From NCBI GenBank assembly GCA_964430145.1, contig CAYSGC010000001.1, forward strand, positions 1 to 59,607: DNA of 59,607 bases, in the 5' to 3' direction. The translations under genes and the position numbers were made by a program. Shown in pieces: positions 39,108-48,474 of the stretch (position 1 is its first letter; the number at the start of each line of letters is the position of its first letter). Origin of the DNA: an uncultured Fusobacteriaceae bacterium (lineage in GTDB: Bacteria; Fusobacteriota; Fusobacteriia; Fusobacteriales; Fusobacteriaceae). Under the pieces are notes generated by a model. The model searched no databases, was not told the DNA's origin, and worked only from the letters and a program-made list of their open reading frames with translations.

Positions 39108-39704
39108 ATGAAAAAGCTACTAGCTTTACTATGTGGAATCTTTATAGTTTTAAAGGGTATTAATGTACTTGAGTTTGACAATATTTCTTTAATACTTTTA
39201 TTATTAGTTTTTGGATTGTTATTAATTCCTGAAAATTTTTCTGAAATATTTTATAAGTTTATTTCTAATATAAAAGAGATAAAAAAAGGAGATACAGTAA
39301 TCTCTTTTACTCAAGAAGAGATTTCCTCAATAATTGAAAAACAAAAAAAAGACACACTTAGGTTACCGGAAGAAATCGAAAAAGTATTTGAATGGATGCT
39401 ATTTTTAAGTTTTAATACAGGGTTTAGTTATTTGGAAAGTTTAATTAGATTTAGACTAAAAAAGTTAGATAAAGAATCTGATATAAGAAATTTAAACTAT
39501 GAGGATTCTGTTAAAAGACTAAGAAATAACCAGATAATTACTGAAGATTTAGAAAACAAAATTTTTAAAATTAGAGATCTTGTTCATAAAACTCTTATTG
39601 AAGACCCAGATATTATGGAGCATAAAATAATTGAAGAGAGTATAAAAGACTGTAAAATAATTATAAAAGAGTTAAATGAAAAAATATCAGAGTCTGTATC
39701 ATAA
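39108..39704 (+). CDS. Two-TM membrane protein with helical (degenerate HEPN-like) C-terminus
   Basis: N-terminal hydrophobic helices; LESLIR...LRNNQII...KIRDLVH. Confidence 0.5.
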   Translation: MKKLLALLCGIFIVLKGINVLEFDNISLILLLLVFGLLLIPENFSEIFYKFISNIKEIKKGDTVISFTQEEISSIIEKQKKDTLRLPEEIEKVFEWMLFLSFNTGFSYLESLIRFRLKKLDKESDIRNLNYEDSVKRLRNNQIITEDLENKIFKIRDLVHKTLIEDPDIMEHKIIEESIKDCKIIIKELNEKISESVS

Positions 39705-39779
39705 AGTAATTCAAGAGAGAAGGATTCTTATATAGTACATCCAATTTTTTTGGCTTCTAGCTATGTAGACTTTTTCTTT

Positions 39780-40374
39780 CTATATAGTCATTTCATAATC
39801 TTGTAAAAATATTTTAATCTTCTTTTTTATTCTCTGAATAGCATTGTCAGCAGACTTCACACTTCTTCCAGTTTTTTTTAGCGATTTCAATATAATTATT
39901 CCCTAAAATCATGTAATCAAAGATTTCATTTTCCATCTTACTGAGATTATTAGAAAGATATTCTTTAAGTCTTTCTATCTTTTCTTTCCCTAAGAAGATC
40001 TCTTCAGGATTATAGAAATTAAAAGGTTTTTTTAAATAAGAAACATTCGACTCTTCTACCTCGTAAAATCCATTTACAGCTATATTCAAAATTCTATTTT
40101 TCCCAGAATTAGAATTTTTGATAGCTGTAATAATCTGCCTCTTAATGCAAATAGAAGCAAAAGTATTAAAGGAGGCATTTCTTCCATTATCATAAGTTCT
40201 AACAGCTTTTAAAAGTCCGATCATTCCTTCTTGGATAAGATCTCCTCTATCAGCCCCATTTAGATAGTATTCAAAACTTTTCTTCCAAACAACCCACTTA
40301 TATTTACTAAAAATTTGAGTAATAGCCTCTTTGTCACCATCTTGTGCCTTTTTAATTAATTCTACTTCAATCAT
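39780..40374 (-). pseudogene. sigH: SigH-like sigma factor, frameshifted in an A8 run
   Basis: DLIQEGMIGLLKAVRTYD...SFNTFASICIKRQIITAIK; removing one base from T8 (39872-39879) restores AKKTGRSVKSADNAIQRIKKK. Confidence 0.85.
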
Positions 40375-40517
40375 AAACAACTCCTCCCTTCAAAATTCCT
40401 TAGAATATAAAACCACACCTTCTACCTCCAATATTGAAAGCGTGTCTTCAAAGAATATATACTAAATCGCTAAATTATATAATGGGGGTATCTCTTTTTT
40501 AAGTTATTTTTTGTTCT

Positions 40518-41270
40518 TTACCCAAGATTTTGACTTTTTCTAAAATGCTTATCTTTGTACATCCTATCATCTGCTTTAAGGATAAGGGAGTCCAAGTCCT
40601 TTTTCCTAAAAGTTTCTTTTCCCTTGAAAAGGACTGTCCCTATTGAAAACTCTATCTCATGCCTCTCCCTTAAACTATAAAGTCTCTGGATTATCCTGAA
40701 CCTACTTTCTTCCTCTACATCCTTTAATAGAATAATAAATTCATCTCCTCCCATCCTTAGAAAATAATCATCTTTTCTTATGACAGAATTGATAACTTTT
40801 GTAAAGTTTACTATATACTCATCCCCTGCTTTATGCCCTTTAGTATCATTTATTTTCTTTAGCCCATCTAAGTCTACGTAAAGTATTGTCCATTTTATTC
40901 CAGGATTCTTTTTGATCACTGGTATTATTCCTGCTACTTTTCTTCTCAGATATAACCCAGTAAGAGAGTCTCTTCCGACCTCCTCTTCTATATTCTTAGT
41001 GTAAAATCTTTCAACAAAGATGTATGGCACCATTAGGACAAGAATTATTGCTGCATCCTTATGTTCATTTATAAGACTTTTTAGTATATCTCCATTTATA
41101 CTTCTTATTTTAGATATCTTTTTATTATTCTTTAAGTTATAATCTTTCTCTAAGCGCCTATATTTTCTTAAAAGCCCTCCACATAAAAGCAAAATAAGAA
41201 TTAAGACATAAACACTTCCAAAATATTTGAATCTAGTAAGCCAGTCCCTCTTCAACACCACTCCTCTCAT
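40518..41270 (-). CDS. Membrane diguanylate cyclase
   Basis: Two TMs; DSLTGL, DLDGLKKINDTKGH..GD, RKDD I-site, GGDEF. Confidence 0.92.
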   Translation of the reverse strand: MRGVVLKRDWLTRFKYFGSVYVLILILLLCGGLLRKYRRLEKDYNLKNNKKISKIRSINGDILKSLINEHKDAAIILVLMVPYIFVERFYTKNIEEEVGRDSLTGLYLRRKVAGIIPVIKKNPGIKWTILYVDLDGLKKINDTKGHKAGDEYIVNFTKVINSVIRKDDYFLRMGGDEFIILLKDVEEESRFRIIQRLYSLRERHEIEFSIGTVLFKGKETFRKKDLDSLILKADDRMYKDKHFRKSQNLG

Positions 41271-41393
41271 AATACAAAAGACACCCCCAACGATAATTAT
41301 AATAAATTTTTTTTGAAACTTTCTAAACTCAATTTAGTATTTTAACTATTTTTTATGGTAAAATTTTAGTACAAAGTAACAAGGGGGAATTCA

Positions 41394-42050
41394 ATGGAGA
41401 AAAGCATGGAATTATTAAATCGTCTGATTCCATCAGAAATATTAAAGAAGGCGTATTTAAAAAAATATAAAAAGGATGAAATCATAATGAAGTATACAGA
41501 CCGCTTCATTGTATATATCATAGAAGGAGTTGCTGCAGGTGTAAGGTACGAAGGGGCTAACGAAGTTTTTTGTTCTCTTTTATTTAAAGCAGGTGATTTC
41601 ATAGGTCTTAGCAACTACTACCTGGGAAAATCTTCTAACTGGGAACTTCTTGCTGTCAGTGAGAGCATCAAAGTGGTTATCTTCCCTGAGAAACTAATAG
41701 CTTCTCAGCTCTTACAAAATTCCATTGTATCAAATTTTATTCATAAGCAGTCACTAATGAATTCTAATAAAATTCTTACAGGGTATTATGTTTTTGCTAA
41801 AGGAGGAGCAAAAGCATTTCTAGCTTATCTTATGATTCTAAATTCTGAAGAAGATACTGTTTATTTTAACAAATACTCAGACGTGATGAAGATAATGGGA
41901 ATAAGTGAGACTATGCTCTACAAAATTACTAAAGAGTTTATCTCTAAAAAATTAATAATTAAAGAAAAAAGGTACCTGCTCATACTTAATAAAGAAGCTC
42001 TTATAAACTATTATAAGAAGTATATCTATTCACCCTCAGATAAAGTTTAA
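41394..42050 (+). CDS. Crp/Fnr family regulator
   Basis: cNMP-like barrel (YIIEG..GDFIG) plus a C-terminal HTH. Confidence 0.8.
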   Translation: MEKSMELLNRLIPSEILKKAYLKKYKKDEIIMKYTDRFIVYIIEGVAAGVRYEGANEVFCSLLFKAGDFIGLSNYYLGKSSNWELLAVSESIKVVIFPEKLIASQLLQNSIVSNFIHKQSLMNSNKILTGYYVFAKGGAKAFLAYLMILNSEEDTVYFNKYSDVMKIMGISETMLYKITKEFISKKLIIKEKRYLLILNKEALINYYKKYIYSPSDKV

Positions 42051-42383
42051 GTATTAAAGAATATTCACTAAAGATTTTCTTTTTTTGCAACCAACACCCT
42101 ACGCATTATTTCTCTTCTTTTTATTAGAATGATACTTAAAAAAGTTAGACTTTCAATTCTTAACTTATTTAAAGAAGTATTATTAGAAGACATGAAAATA
42201 TTTCAACTTAAAAATGATTAAAATCAAAGTAGAGGTAGAAAGTAACACACTTAAAATTGAGCTACTATATTTTTCTAGAGATAAACATACAAAGTATGCA
42301 ATATTAAATTTTAAAGAAAAGGAGGATACATATTAATACAATTTCAATTCCTATGAAATTATATTAATATGTAGTGAAAGGAG

Positions 42384-42719
42384 ATGAACAATTTAATTCG
42401 ACTTAATAAATCCCTAAATGAATATAGACAATTATTTTTTAATGGCTCTATTGGAATTTCTTTAACGGATGTTTTTATTTTGCATTCTATTGAAGAAAAA
42501 AACTATACCGTATCTAATATAGCCAAATGTCTAAGCAAAGATAAATCCTACATAATTAGGCAACTTCAAAACTTGACAATTAAAAGCTTAATATTTAAAA
42601 ATGGTACTAAATACTTATTGACCAATGAAGGTAAAATAAAATATAAAAAATCAATAAAATTACTAAAAGAATATAGAAAGCTAAAAGAATTGAGACAAAC
42701 GTGGAACTTTATCAACTAA
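42384..42719 (+). CDS. MarR-type winged-helix regulator
   Basis: TVSNIAKCLSKDKSYIIRQLQNL...LTNEG. Confidence 0.78.
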   Translation: MNNLIRLNKSLNEYRQLFFNGSIGISLTDVFILHSIEEKNYTVSNIAKCLSKDKSYIIRQLQNLTIKSLIFKNGTKYLLTNEGKIKYKKSIKLLKEYRKLKELRQTWNFIN

Positions 42720-42759
42720 TTAGAGAATTATTTATTTAGTATGTCAAAGGAGGTATTTT

Positions 42760-43035
42760 ATGCCCATAAACATCTTAATAAGAAATAAATATCAACTTAG
42801 AGAACTGAAGAAAATGATTGAAACAACTGTTTATAGTGGAGAAACAGTTGTTCTAAACTTTCTAGATGTAGAAGTAATAAGTGAAAAAGAATATAAAGAA
42901 ATATTTTCGGAAATTTCAAATAATATCAGTCTTTTAAAAAAAGTAAAAATAACAAGAGCTTCCTCGGGAGTAATGAAAAGTCTTTATATAGCCGTAAACA
43001 AAATTAATAGAAAAACGTCTATCAGTAAAAAATAA
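42760..43035 (+). CDS. STAS-like (DUF4325-like) small protein
   Basis: VVLNFLDVEVIS...EIF pattern. Confidence 0.55.
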   Translation: MPINILIRNKYQLRELKKMIETTVYSGETVVLNFLDVEVISEKEYKEIFSEISNNISLLKKVKITRASSGVMKSLYIAVNKINRKTSISKK

Positions 43036-43059
43036 AAGGCAGAAATTTTTCTGCCTTTT
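43034..43059. terminator. Bidirectional terminator
   Basis: aaaaggcagaaa-tt-tttctgcctttt. Confidence 0.8.
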
Positions 43060-43061
43060 GT

Positions 43062-43283
43062 CTATCCAAGGTTATTATTTTTACTCCCATCAGGATTAGA
43101 ACACGGAGTTTTAACCCCATTGATCTCTCTTATATGATACTTATCCTGATAATTATTATTGTTAGATTCAATCTCTCTAACAAATTGGTTTCTTGTCATT
43201 TCTCGACCTGTATAATTATCTTTAAATCTTTCATTTCTTCCTGTGTTTGATTCCCTAGTTGTACTTACTCTTTTTCTTCCCAT
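43062..43283 (-). CDS. Small DUF3892-like protein
   Basis: MTRNQFVREIE...SNPDGSKNNNLG; ATG 43283 follows GGAGG. Confidence 0.6.
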   Translation of the reverse strand: MGRKRVSTTRESNTGRNERFKDNYTGREMTRNQFVREIESNNNNYQDKYHIREINGVKTPCSNPDGSKNNNLG

Positions 43284-43330
43284 TACATAACCTCCATAAA
43301 TAAAAAATACGTTAATGAAAGTATCTGGAC

Positions 43331-43359
43331 TTGAAAATATCACCTACTTCATGTAGAAT
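43331..43359 (+). promoter_or_regulatory. Sigma70-type promoter antisense to the flanking genes
   Basis: TTGAAA-17 bp-TAGAAT. Confidence 0.55.
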
Positions 43360-43365
43360 GTAATA

Positions 43366-43458
43366 TATTTAGTTACTCAAGTACAGATACTATTAACCAA
43401 AAGATTTAGTTGCAGCTAAATCTTAAAAGTTAAGACTTCTTGCAGGAAGTCTTTTTTT
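43366..43458 (+). ncRNA. Candidate ~90-nt small RNA with two UGCA-loop hairpins
   Basis: Promoter upstream; hairpins at 43401-43424 and 43432-43453; U-tract; U-G closing pairs form only on the + strand. Confidence 0.45.
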
Positions 43459-43675
43459 ATCCCTTGATATTTCTAGGATCATTTCCATAGCTTTTTTTTT
43501 CTCTAATCTTTCCATCTTTACCATGAATTAAAACCTCGGCTTTTTGATTTATAGCAATTTCTCTAGCTCTTTCAAAAGCCTTTTTTTGCGTATTAAATAC
43601 TCCTGTAGCTCTTGAATTCCCTGATCCCTTTACCTGCCACCCATCTAGATGCTTTATTACATGTTGGTTCGCCAT
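43457..43675 (-). CDS. DUF2188 family protein
   Basis: QHV...GWQVK..G..RAT..F.TQ..A...AR.IA...EVLIHGKDGKIRE..SYGNDP. Confidence 0.88.
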   Translation of the reverse strand: MANQHVIKHLDGWQVKGSGNSRATGVFNTQKKAFERAREIAINQKAEVLIHGKDGKIREKKSYGNDPRNIKG

Positions 43676-43786
43676 ATCCAAGTCCTCCCTTCTTCAATTT
43701 TCTTTACCCACCCTAAGCTCCCTATTCTTATATAGAATAATATTAAATCTTAAATTCCATAATAATAACCCCTTTCTAATTTTAAT

Positions 43787-46033
43787 TTATTCCCCAAAGA
43801 CTATCTCTTCTTCAGCAATGTTATAAATATCAATTTTATTTTCAACATCTATCTTATTAACAATCCATCCCCTAAGTGAACAATTTCGAATAAAGTCTTC
43901 AATTCTATTCTTCCCATTAATTTCTTTTAATGTAATTACAATCCCAAACTTTAAACCATTTCCATGTTTCTGGTTTAAACGTTCTTTGGTTTTTAAACTC
44001 AAGCCCCAAAGACCAGTATCATATGCCTTTTTTGCTCTATTCTTCCCTGTAAAAGTTTCTTTTATATGCTTAATATTATCCCATTTTCTAAATATTTTTC
44101 TCGCATCTTCTTCCCAAGTATAAGTCCCATTTTCATCGCTTTGATAGTTATTATTAATAGGCTTTAATGGTTGTTTTGAGTTATTACTTAACCTTCCAAA
44201 AGATATATCTATTTCTGTATTTGTATAGTCAACTCCTTGATTTCTGGAGCAAAAAGGAAAATAACATAAAGTTGCTTTCGCAACAAAAGGATGCTCCTCT
44301 TTTAATAAAGACCCTTTTTTAGTTACAGGTATAGGAAGATTATAATTATAGGTATCATATTCTTCTGAAACTCCACTCAAAATAAATTGGATTTCATCAT
44401 CAGCCGAATTAACTATATCTTCTATTTTTATAGGTACAACTCCGTGCCCTATTGTAAAAGGAGATATTACTTGCTTATCCCAACCTGTCGCAGAATCTAT
44501 AAGAAGAGCTTTTGCCACTTCTCTACTCATTCCCAGTATATCAATTAAATAAGACATTTTTCTTGCTATCCACGGTGCTGCATAAGACGTCCCTCTAACC
44601 AAGCTTTCCCCTTCATGAGAATAAACTTTCATAAATTTTTCCTCATCACCACCATAATAACTTATATCAGGTTTGGTAAAAAATGATAATACAGGACCCT
44701 TTCTAGTATATGAAGCTGGTTGCTTATTATGAGTAACTGAATTTACTACTATAGAATTTATTGAATCTGCTGGAGCTCCTATAAATTTTTCTTCTTCATC
44801 ATTGGAATCTTTATTAGTTCCTGCAATAATAAAGATCACGTCATTTTCATATTGAATTTTATCTAAAATTTCAGCTTCTGGCGATATAAAATTAGAATTT
44901 ATTTCTAATCTTGATCCAAGACAGAGGTTCCAAACTTTAATATCTCTGTTTTGCAATATAATTTCATTTATATTTCTCAATATTGTAAATGAACTGAATT
45001 GTGAGCCTGAAGCTACTCCAAAATGCTTCACTTTAAACCTACCACACCCGTCGTCTAAATGTGGGTTAAGTGATGGTCCATCTACAATTATAGAAGATAC
45101 AGCAGTTCCATGCTCATAATCTTTAGGTGATAAAGGAATGTCTTTAGACAATAAATTAGTAAAGTCCACCCATTCTGAAAAATAAACACTTTCATCAAAC
45201 ATTGTATCAATAACCCCAATTGTAGGTTCATTTTTAGGTCTTGGTATAGACATATCTACATTTTTATCAAAAGTAAAATCATCCTTACTTAACTGAGTCA
45301 AATCACTTACTGCCATTGAAATTAAGTAAGGTGCTTTTTGCTTTAAAATTTCCAGTTGATCCGGTGTCAATAAAATAGTAGTTTCATCTATAATTTTACT
45401 AAAGTTTAAATTGATCCCTATCCTCTCCATGATGTCGACTGTTGCCATGTCTGTTTTATATATCGTTACAATTGAATCTTTTATTAAATTTATATTATCA
45501 GCTAAAACGTCGAAAGTCTTGACGTAAAAACAGTCAACTATAGTTTGCTGAAAGTTGGTTTTTGCAATTCCGTAATTACCAAAATTAATTACTTTAGGAT
45601 CTAGTTTTGATAATTTTTCAGCTGTTATTTTCCCATTAAATTCTTGGTCTAATAACTTTATACTTTTATTCAACTTCTCAATAGATTCTTCTATTATATA
45701 TAAAGGAACATAATGAGTAATGATGTGTTTTGGAGAGTTTCCCTTTGAAAAACGTGCTCCTACAACAAGAGTGTTAGCTGTTTCCTTACCTTTTGATAAT
45801 AGACTTTTTATTCTATTGCTTTTAGCAGCTACCTTAGTATAATACACACTAATTAGCGCCTCTTCTATTGTGTCTTCTTCCTCCCAAAACTCTTTTAATT
45901 CTTGTAATTTATTTTTTAATTCTTTTAACTTAGAAACCTCAACTGACTTCCCAGTAGGTAATTTAGGAGCTCCTGGAATACTCTTGCTTTTAGCCTGCTC
46001 AAACCTACCTTTTAAATGCAGTACCTGATTCAT
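43787..46033 (-). CDS. ietS: S8 subtilisin-like protease (IetS-like)
   Basis: Catalytic triad GVIDT / HGTAVSS / GTSYAAP; no signal peptide; overlaps the ATPase gene. Confidence 0.88.
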   Translation of the reverse strand: MNQVLHLKGRFEQAKSKSIPGAPKLPTGKSVEVSKLKELKNKLQELKEFWEEEDTIEEALISVYYTKVAAKSNRIKSLLSKGKETANTLVVGARFSKGNSPKHIITHYVPLYIIEESIEKLNKSIKLLDQEFNGKITAEKLSKLDPKVINFGNYGIAKTNFQQTIVDCFYVKTFDVLADNINLIKDSIVTIYKTDMATVDIMERIGINLNFSKIIDETTILLTPDQLEILKQKAPYLISMAVSDLTQLSKDDFTFDKNVDMSIPRPKNEPTIGVIDTMFDESVYFSEWVDFTNLLSKDIPLSPKDYEHGTAVSSIIVDGPSLNPHLDDGCGRFKVKHFGVASGSQFSSFTILRNINEIILQNRDIKVWNLCLGSRLEINSNFISPEAEILDKIQYENDVIFIIAGTNKDSNDEEEKFIGAPADSINSIVVNSVTHNKQPASYTRKGPVLSFFTKPDISYYGGDEEKFMKVYSHEGESLVRGTSYAAPWIARKMSYLIDILGMSREVAKALLIDSATGWDKQVISPFTIGHGVVPIKIEDIVNSADDEIQFILSGVSEEYDTYNYNLPIPVTKKGSLLKEEHPFVAKATLCYFPFCSRNQGVDYTNTEIDISFGRLSNNSKQPLKPINNNYQSDENGTYTWEEDARKIFRKWDNIKHIKETFTGKNRAKKAYDTGLWGLSLKTKERLNQKHGNGLKFGIVITLKEINGKNRIEDFIRNCSLRGWIVNKIDVENKIDIYNIAEEEIVFGE

Positions 46034-47075
46034 TATCCCCCTCCTTTAGTTCTCTAGAAACTTGACTTTTTGATACTCCTGTTAAAACCTCTATTTCTCT
46101 TACAGTAAATCCTAACTTTTTTAATTCCATAATATCATGTAACACTGTTTCTCCTATTAAATAACCAAAAAACTTTCTTAAGTAATCGTATTCAGATGTA
46201 GGGCTACTAAAAGCTAAAGATGTTTTGATTAAGTTTCTTAGGTCACCTGGATAAGGAAGTGGTTCTGCTACCTTCATAATTTTTTTAAACAAAAGTACTT
46301 TTTTCCCTGCATTTTTAAACTTCTTTAAAAATTCTTCTAATATAGAAACACCTATATCTATTAGATCTTCTCTAGAATACCTATTGAAATTTATTACTGA
46401 ATCAAATCTTCTTATCAATGCTTTATCAAACTTTTTAAATAGATTTGTAGTAGCTATAAGAACAACATCCTCATTAAGTTTTTCAATCTCTTTTAATAAA
46501 GTCGATGTAACCCTTCCCATTTCTCTTAAATCATTTGAGTTAACTCTGTCCAAAGCTAAAGCATCTATCTCATCAAATAAAATCAAAGCTTTTCTTGGAG
46601 AGGATAAAGAATTAATTTCTTTAAAAACTTCTATGATGTTTTTAGAAGTCTGCCCTAACTTACTGTCTATAAGTGAATCAAACTCCACTATAAAAACATC
46701 TCTTTCCAAAATTCTTCCAATCTGTTTAACTGTCTCTGTTTTTCCCGTACCCGGTTCACCTTCAAATATAAATTTATTTATTCCCATTCTATGACCTATC
46801 GCATTAATTACACCTAAAATGTCATCCTTTATTTTTTCAGGAAGAGGAAGTGGCTGGGTATCCAACTCTAGTTTAGTTAAATAAGCACTCTCTTCTGAAA
46901 AAGATTGAGGAATAAATGTATTAGTATCAGCTAAAAGCCCCATTATATACTCAGCAAGTTGATGATCTCCAGCTTTATCAAAGTAATTAGCAATTTTATA
47001 AGATTCATCTCTAAAACCATTTTCATTTCCTTCTGAATGATATTTTATTAAATTTAAAATATCTTTTTTTTTCAT
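46005..47075 (-). CDS. ietA: AAA+ ATPase with C-terminal HTH (IetA-like)
   Basis: GEPGTGKT, ILFDEID, DKALIRRFD; FTVREIEVLTGVSKSQVSREL. Confidence 0.88.
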   Translation of the reverse strand: MKKKDILNLIKYHSEGNENGFRDESYKIANYFDKAGDHQLAEYIMGLLADTNTFIPQSFSEESAYLTKLELDTQPLPLPEKIKDDILGVINAIGHRMGINKFIFEGEPGTGKTETVKQIGRILERDVFIVEFDSLIDSKLGQTSKNIIEVFKEINSLSSPRKALILFDEIDALALDRVNSNDLREMGRVTSTLLKEIEKLNEDVVLIATTNLFKKFDKALIRRFDSVINFNRYSREDLIDIGVSILEEFLKKFKNAGKKVLLFKKIMKVAEPLPYPGDLRNLIKTSLAFSSPTSEYDYLRKFFGYLIGETVLHDIMELKKLGFTVREIEVLTGVSKSQVSRELKEGDNESGTAFKR

Positions 47076-47158
47076 TTTACCCTCCAATTCATTAAAACCA
47101 ATTGTAATTCGATATGGTTATTCTTAAATAATCTTGTCTATATTTATATCATACATCG

Positions 47159-47190
47159 CTTGGGACAAAAAATCAACACTTGGGACAAAA
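47159..47190. repeat. 12-bp direct repeat cttgggacaaaa x2 (20-bp period), putative operator
   Basis: Copies at 47159-47170 and 47179-47190, upstream of the ATPase gene. Confidence 0.6.
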
Positions 47191-47199
47191 TTTATTTTT

Positions 47200-47232
47200 T
47201 AAAATAAAAATAGGGGATAAAAAACTATCCCC
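47200..47232 (-). terminator. Putative terminator just inside the right end
   Basis: Minus strand ggggata-gttttt-tatcccc followed by a T-rich run. Confidence 0.55.
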
Positions 47233-47320
47233 ATTTCATTTAAAACCCTTTGTGAAATCAATATTCTAAAACCTAATTTTGGTATAAAATCAGGTTTATT
47301 ATTTCCCTTATTATTTTCTT

Positions 47321-47349
47321 CAAAAAGTCTACAACTCATGTCATGGACA
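47321..47349. repeat. Right attachment site (element arm plus core GGACA)
   Basis: Inverted relative to 1371-1394; the junction creates the TGA that truncates comM. Confidence 0.85.
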
Positions 47350-48396
47350 AGGGTTGCACGAGAGGAGTAGTATAAATTCACTGGGAAACTCCACCCTGTA
47401 ATCAGCTCTGGTTATGGAAACCACACCATCCTCCATAGGCTGTCTCAGGGTCTCCAGTATGCTCCTGGGAAACTCCGTTGCTTCATCTAAAAATAGTACT
47501 CCATTATGAGCCAGACTTATCTCCCCGGCTTTAGGCACCCTTCCCCCTCCAACTAAGGCAATTGCCGAGGCTGAATGGTGGGGACTTCTAAAGGGTCTCT
47601 TAGTTACAATAGGCATATTCTCTCCAAGCATACCGGCACTGCTATAGATCTTTGTTGATTCAATAACCTCCTCCTGGTCCATTGGAGGCATTATCGTAGG
47701 CAGCCTCTTAGACATCATAGATTTTCCAGATCCTGGACTTCCTATCATATAGATATTATGCCCCCCCGCTGCTGATATTTCCAGGGCTCTCTTTGCCCTG
47801 TACTGCCCCTTTACCTCTGCAAAATCTACCTCAAATACTTCATCCTCCTCTACCTGCTCCTCCATATTCACTTCAGGTTTTATATCCCCCTCTACAAAAT
47901 CATAGACCTCCCTAATATTGTCAACGGGAATAACCTCTACCCCCTCTATGGTTGAAGCTTCTGGATAGTTTTCTCTGGGGATAACTATTCCCCTCATTCC
48001 CTGCTCCCTTGCACAGATTACTGCATTTATTATTCCCCTTGTTCTCCTTACCTTTCCACCAAGGGAGAGTTCCCCTATGTACATGTAATCTTCTAGCCTG
48101 GAATCCTCTGTTATATGCCCCATAGCCTTCATTATCCCCAAGGCTATGGGGAGGTCAAACTGAGGTCCCTCCTTCCTTATTCCTGCAGGAGAGAGGTTTA
48201 CAACTATCCTCCTGGGATTCATATCAAACCTACAGTTTTTAAGAGCTGCCCTCACCCTTTCCCTGCTCTCTGAGATAGCTACATCAGCCAGACCCACTAT
48301 GTTGAAGATGGGCAGACCATTTCCCACATCCACCTCTACCTCCACCCTATAGGACTCTATCCCTAAGAAGCCCGAGCTCAGTACCTTAGCCAGCAT
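47341..48396 (-). pseudogene. comM: 5' part of comM/yifB
   Basis: VNLSPA..RKEG..FDLPIA, GSPGSGKS, PFRSPHH, GEISLAHNGVLFLDE; ends NPCP*. Confidence 0.95.
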
Positions 48397-48474
48397 AATC
48401 ACACCTCCTGAATACATCTCTAATAATATTTTATGTTTGCCCCGAGTTATTTCCTCTAATAAAAAAGAAAAGCC

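Larger units (their letters stand above)
1363..47349. mobile_element. ~46-kb integrative element inserted in comM
   Basis: Split comM; GGACA repeated at 1363-1367 and 47345-47349; inverted arms at both ends; visibly AT-richer than the flanks; encodes a large serine recombinase. Confidence 0.93.

Noticed and set aside
47159-47190. GGGACA repeats as alternative att cores
   Set aside because: They do not restore comM and lack the inverted arm; better explained as an operator.
47199-47381. 60-aa ORF spanning the right junction
   Set aside because: Out-of-frame overlap with comM, no RBS, and it crosses att and terminator sequence.
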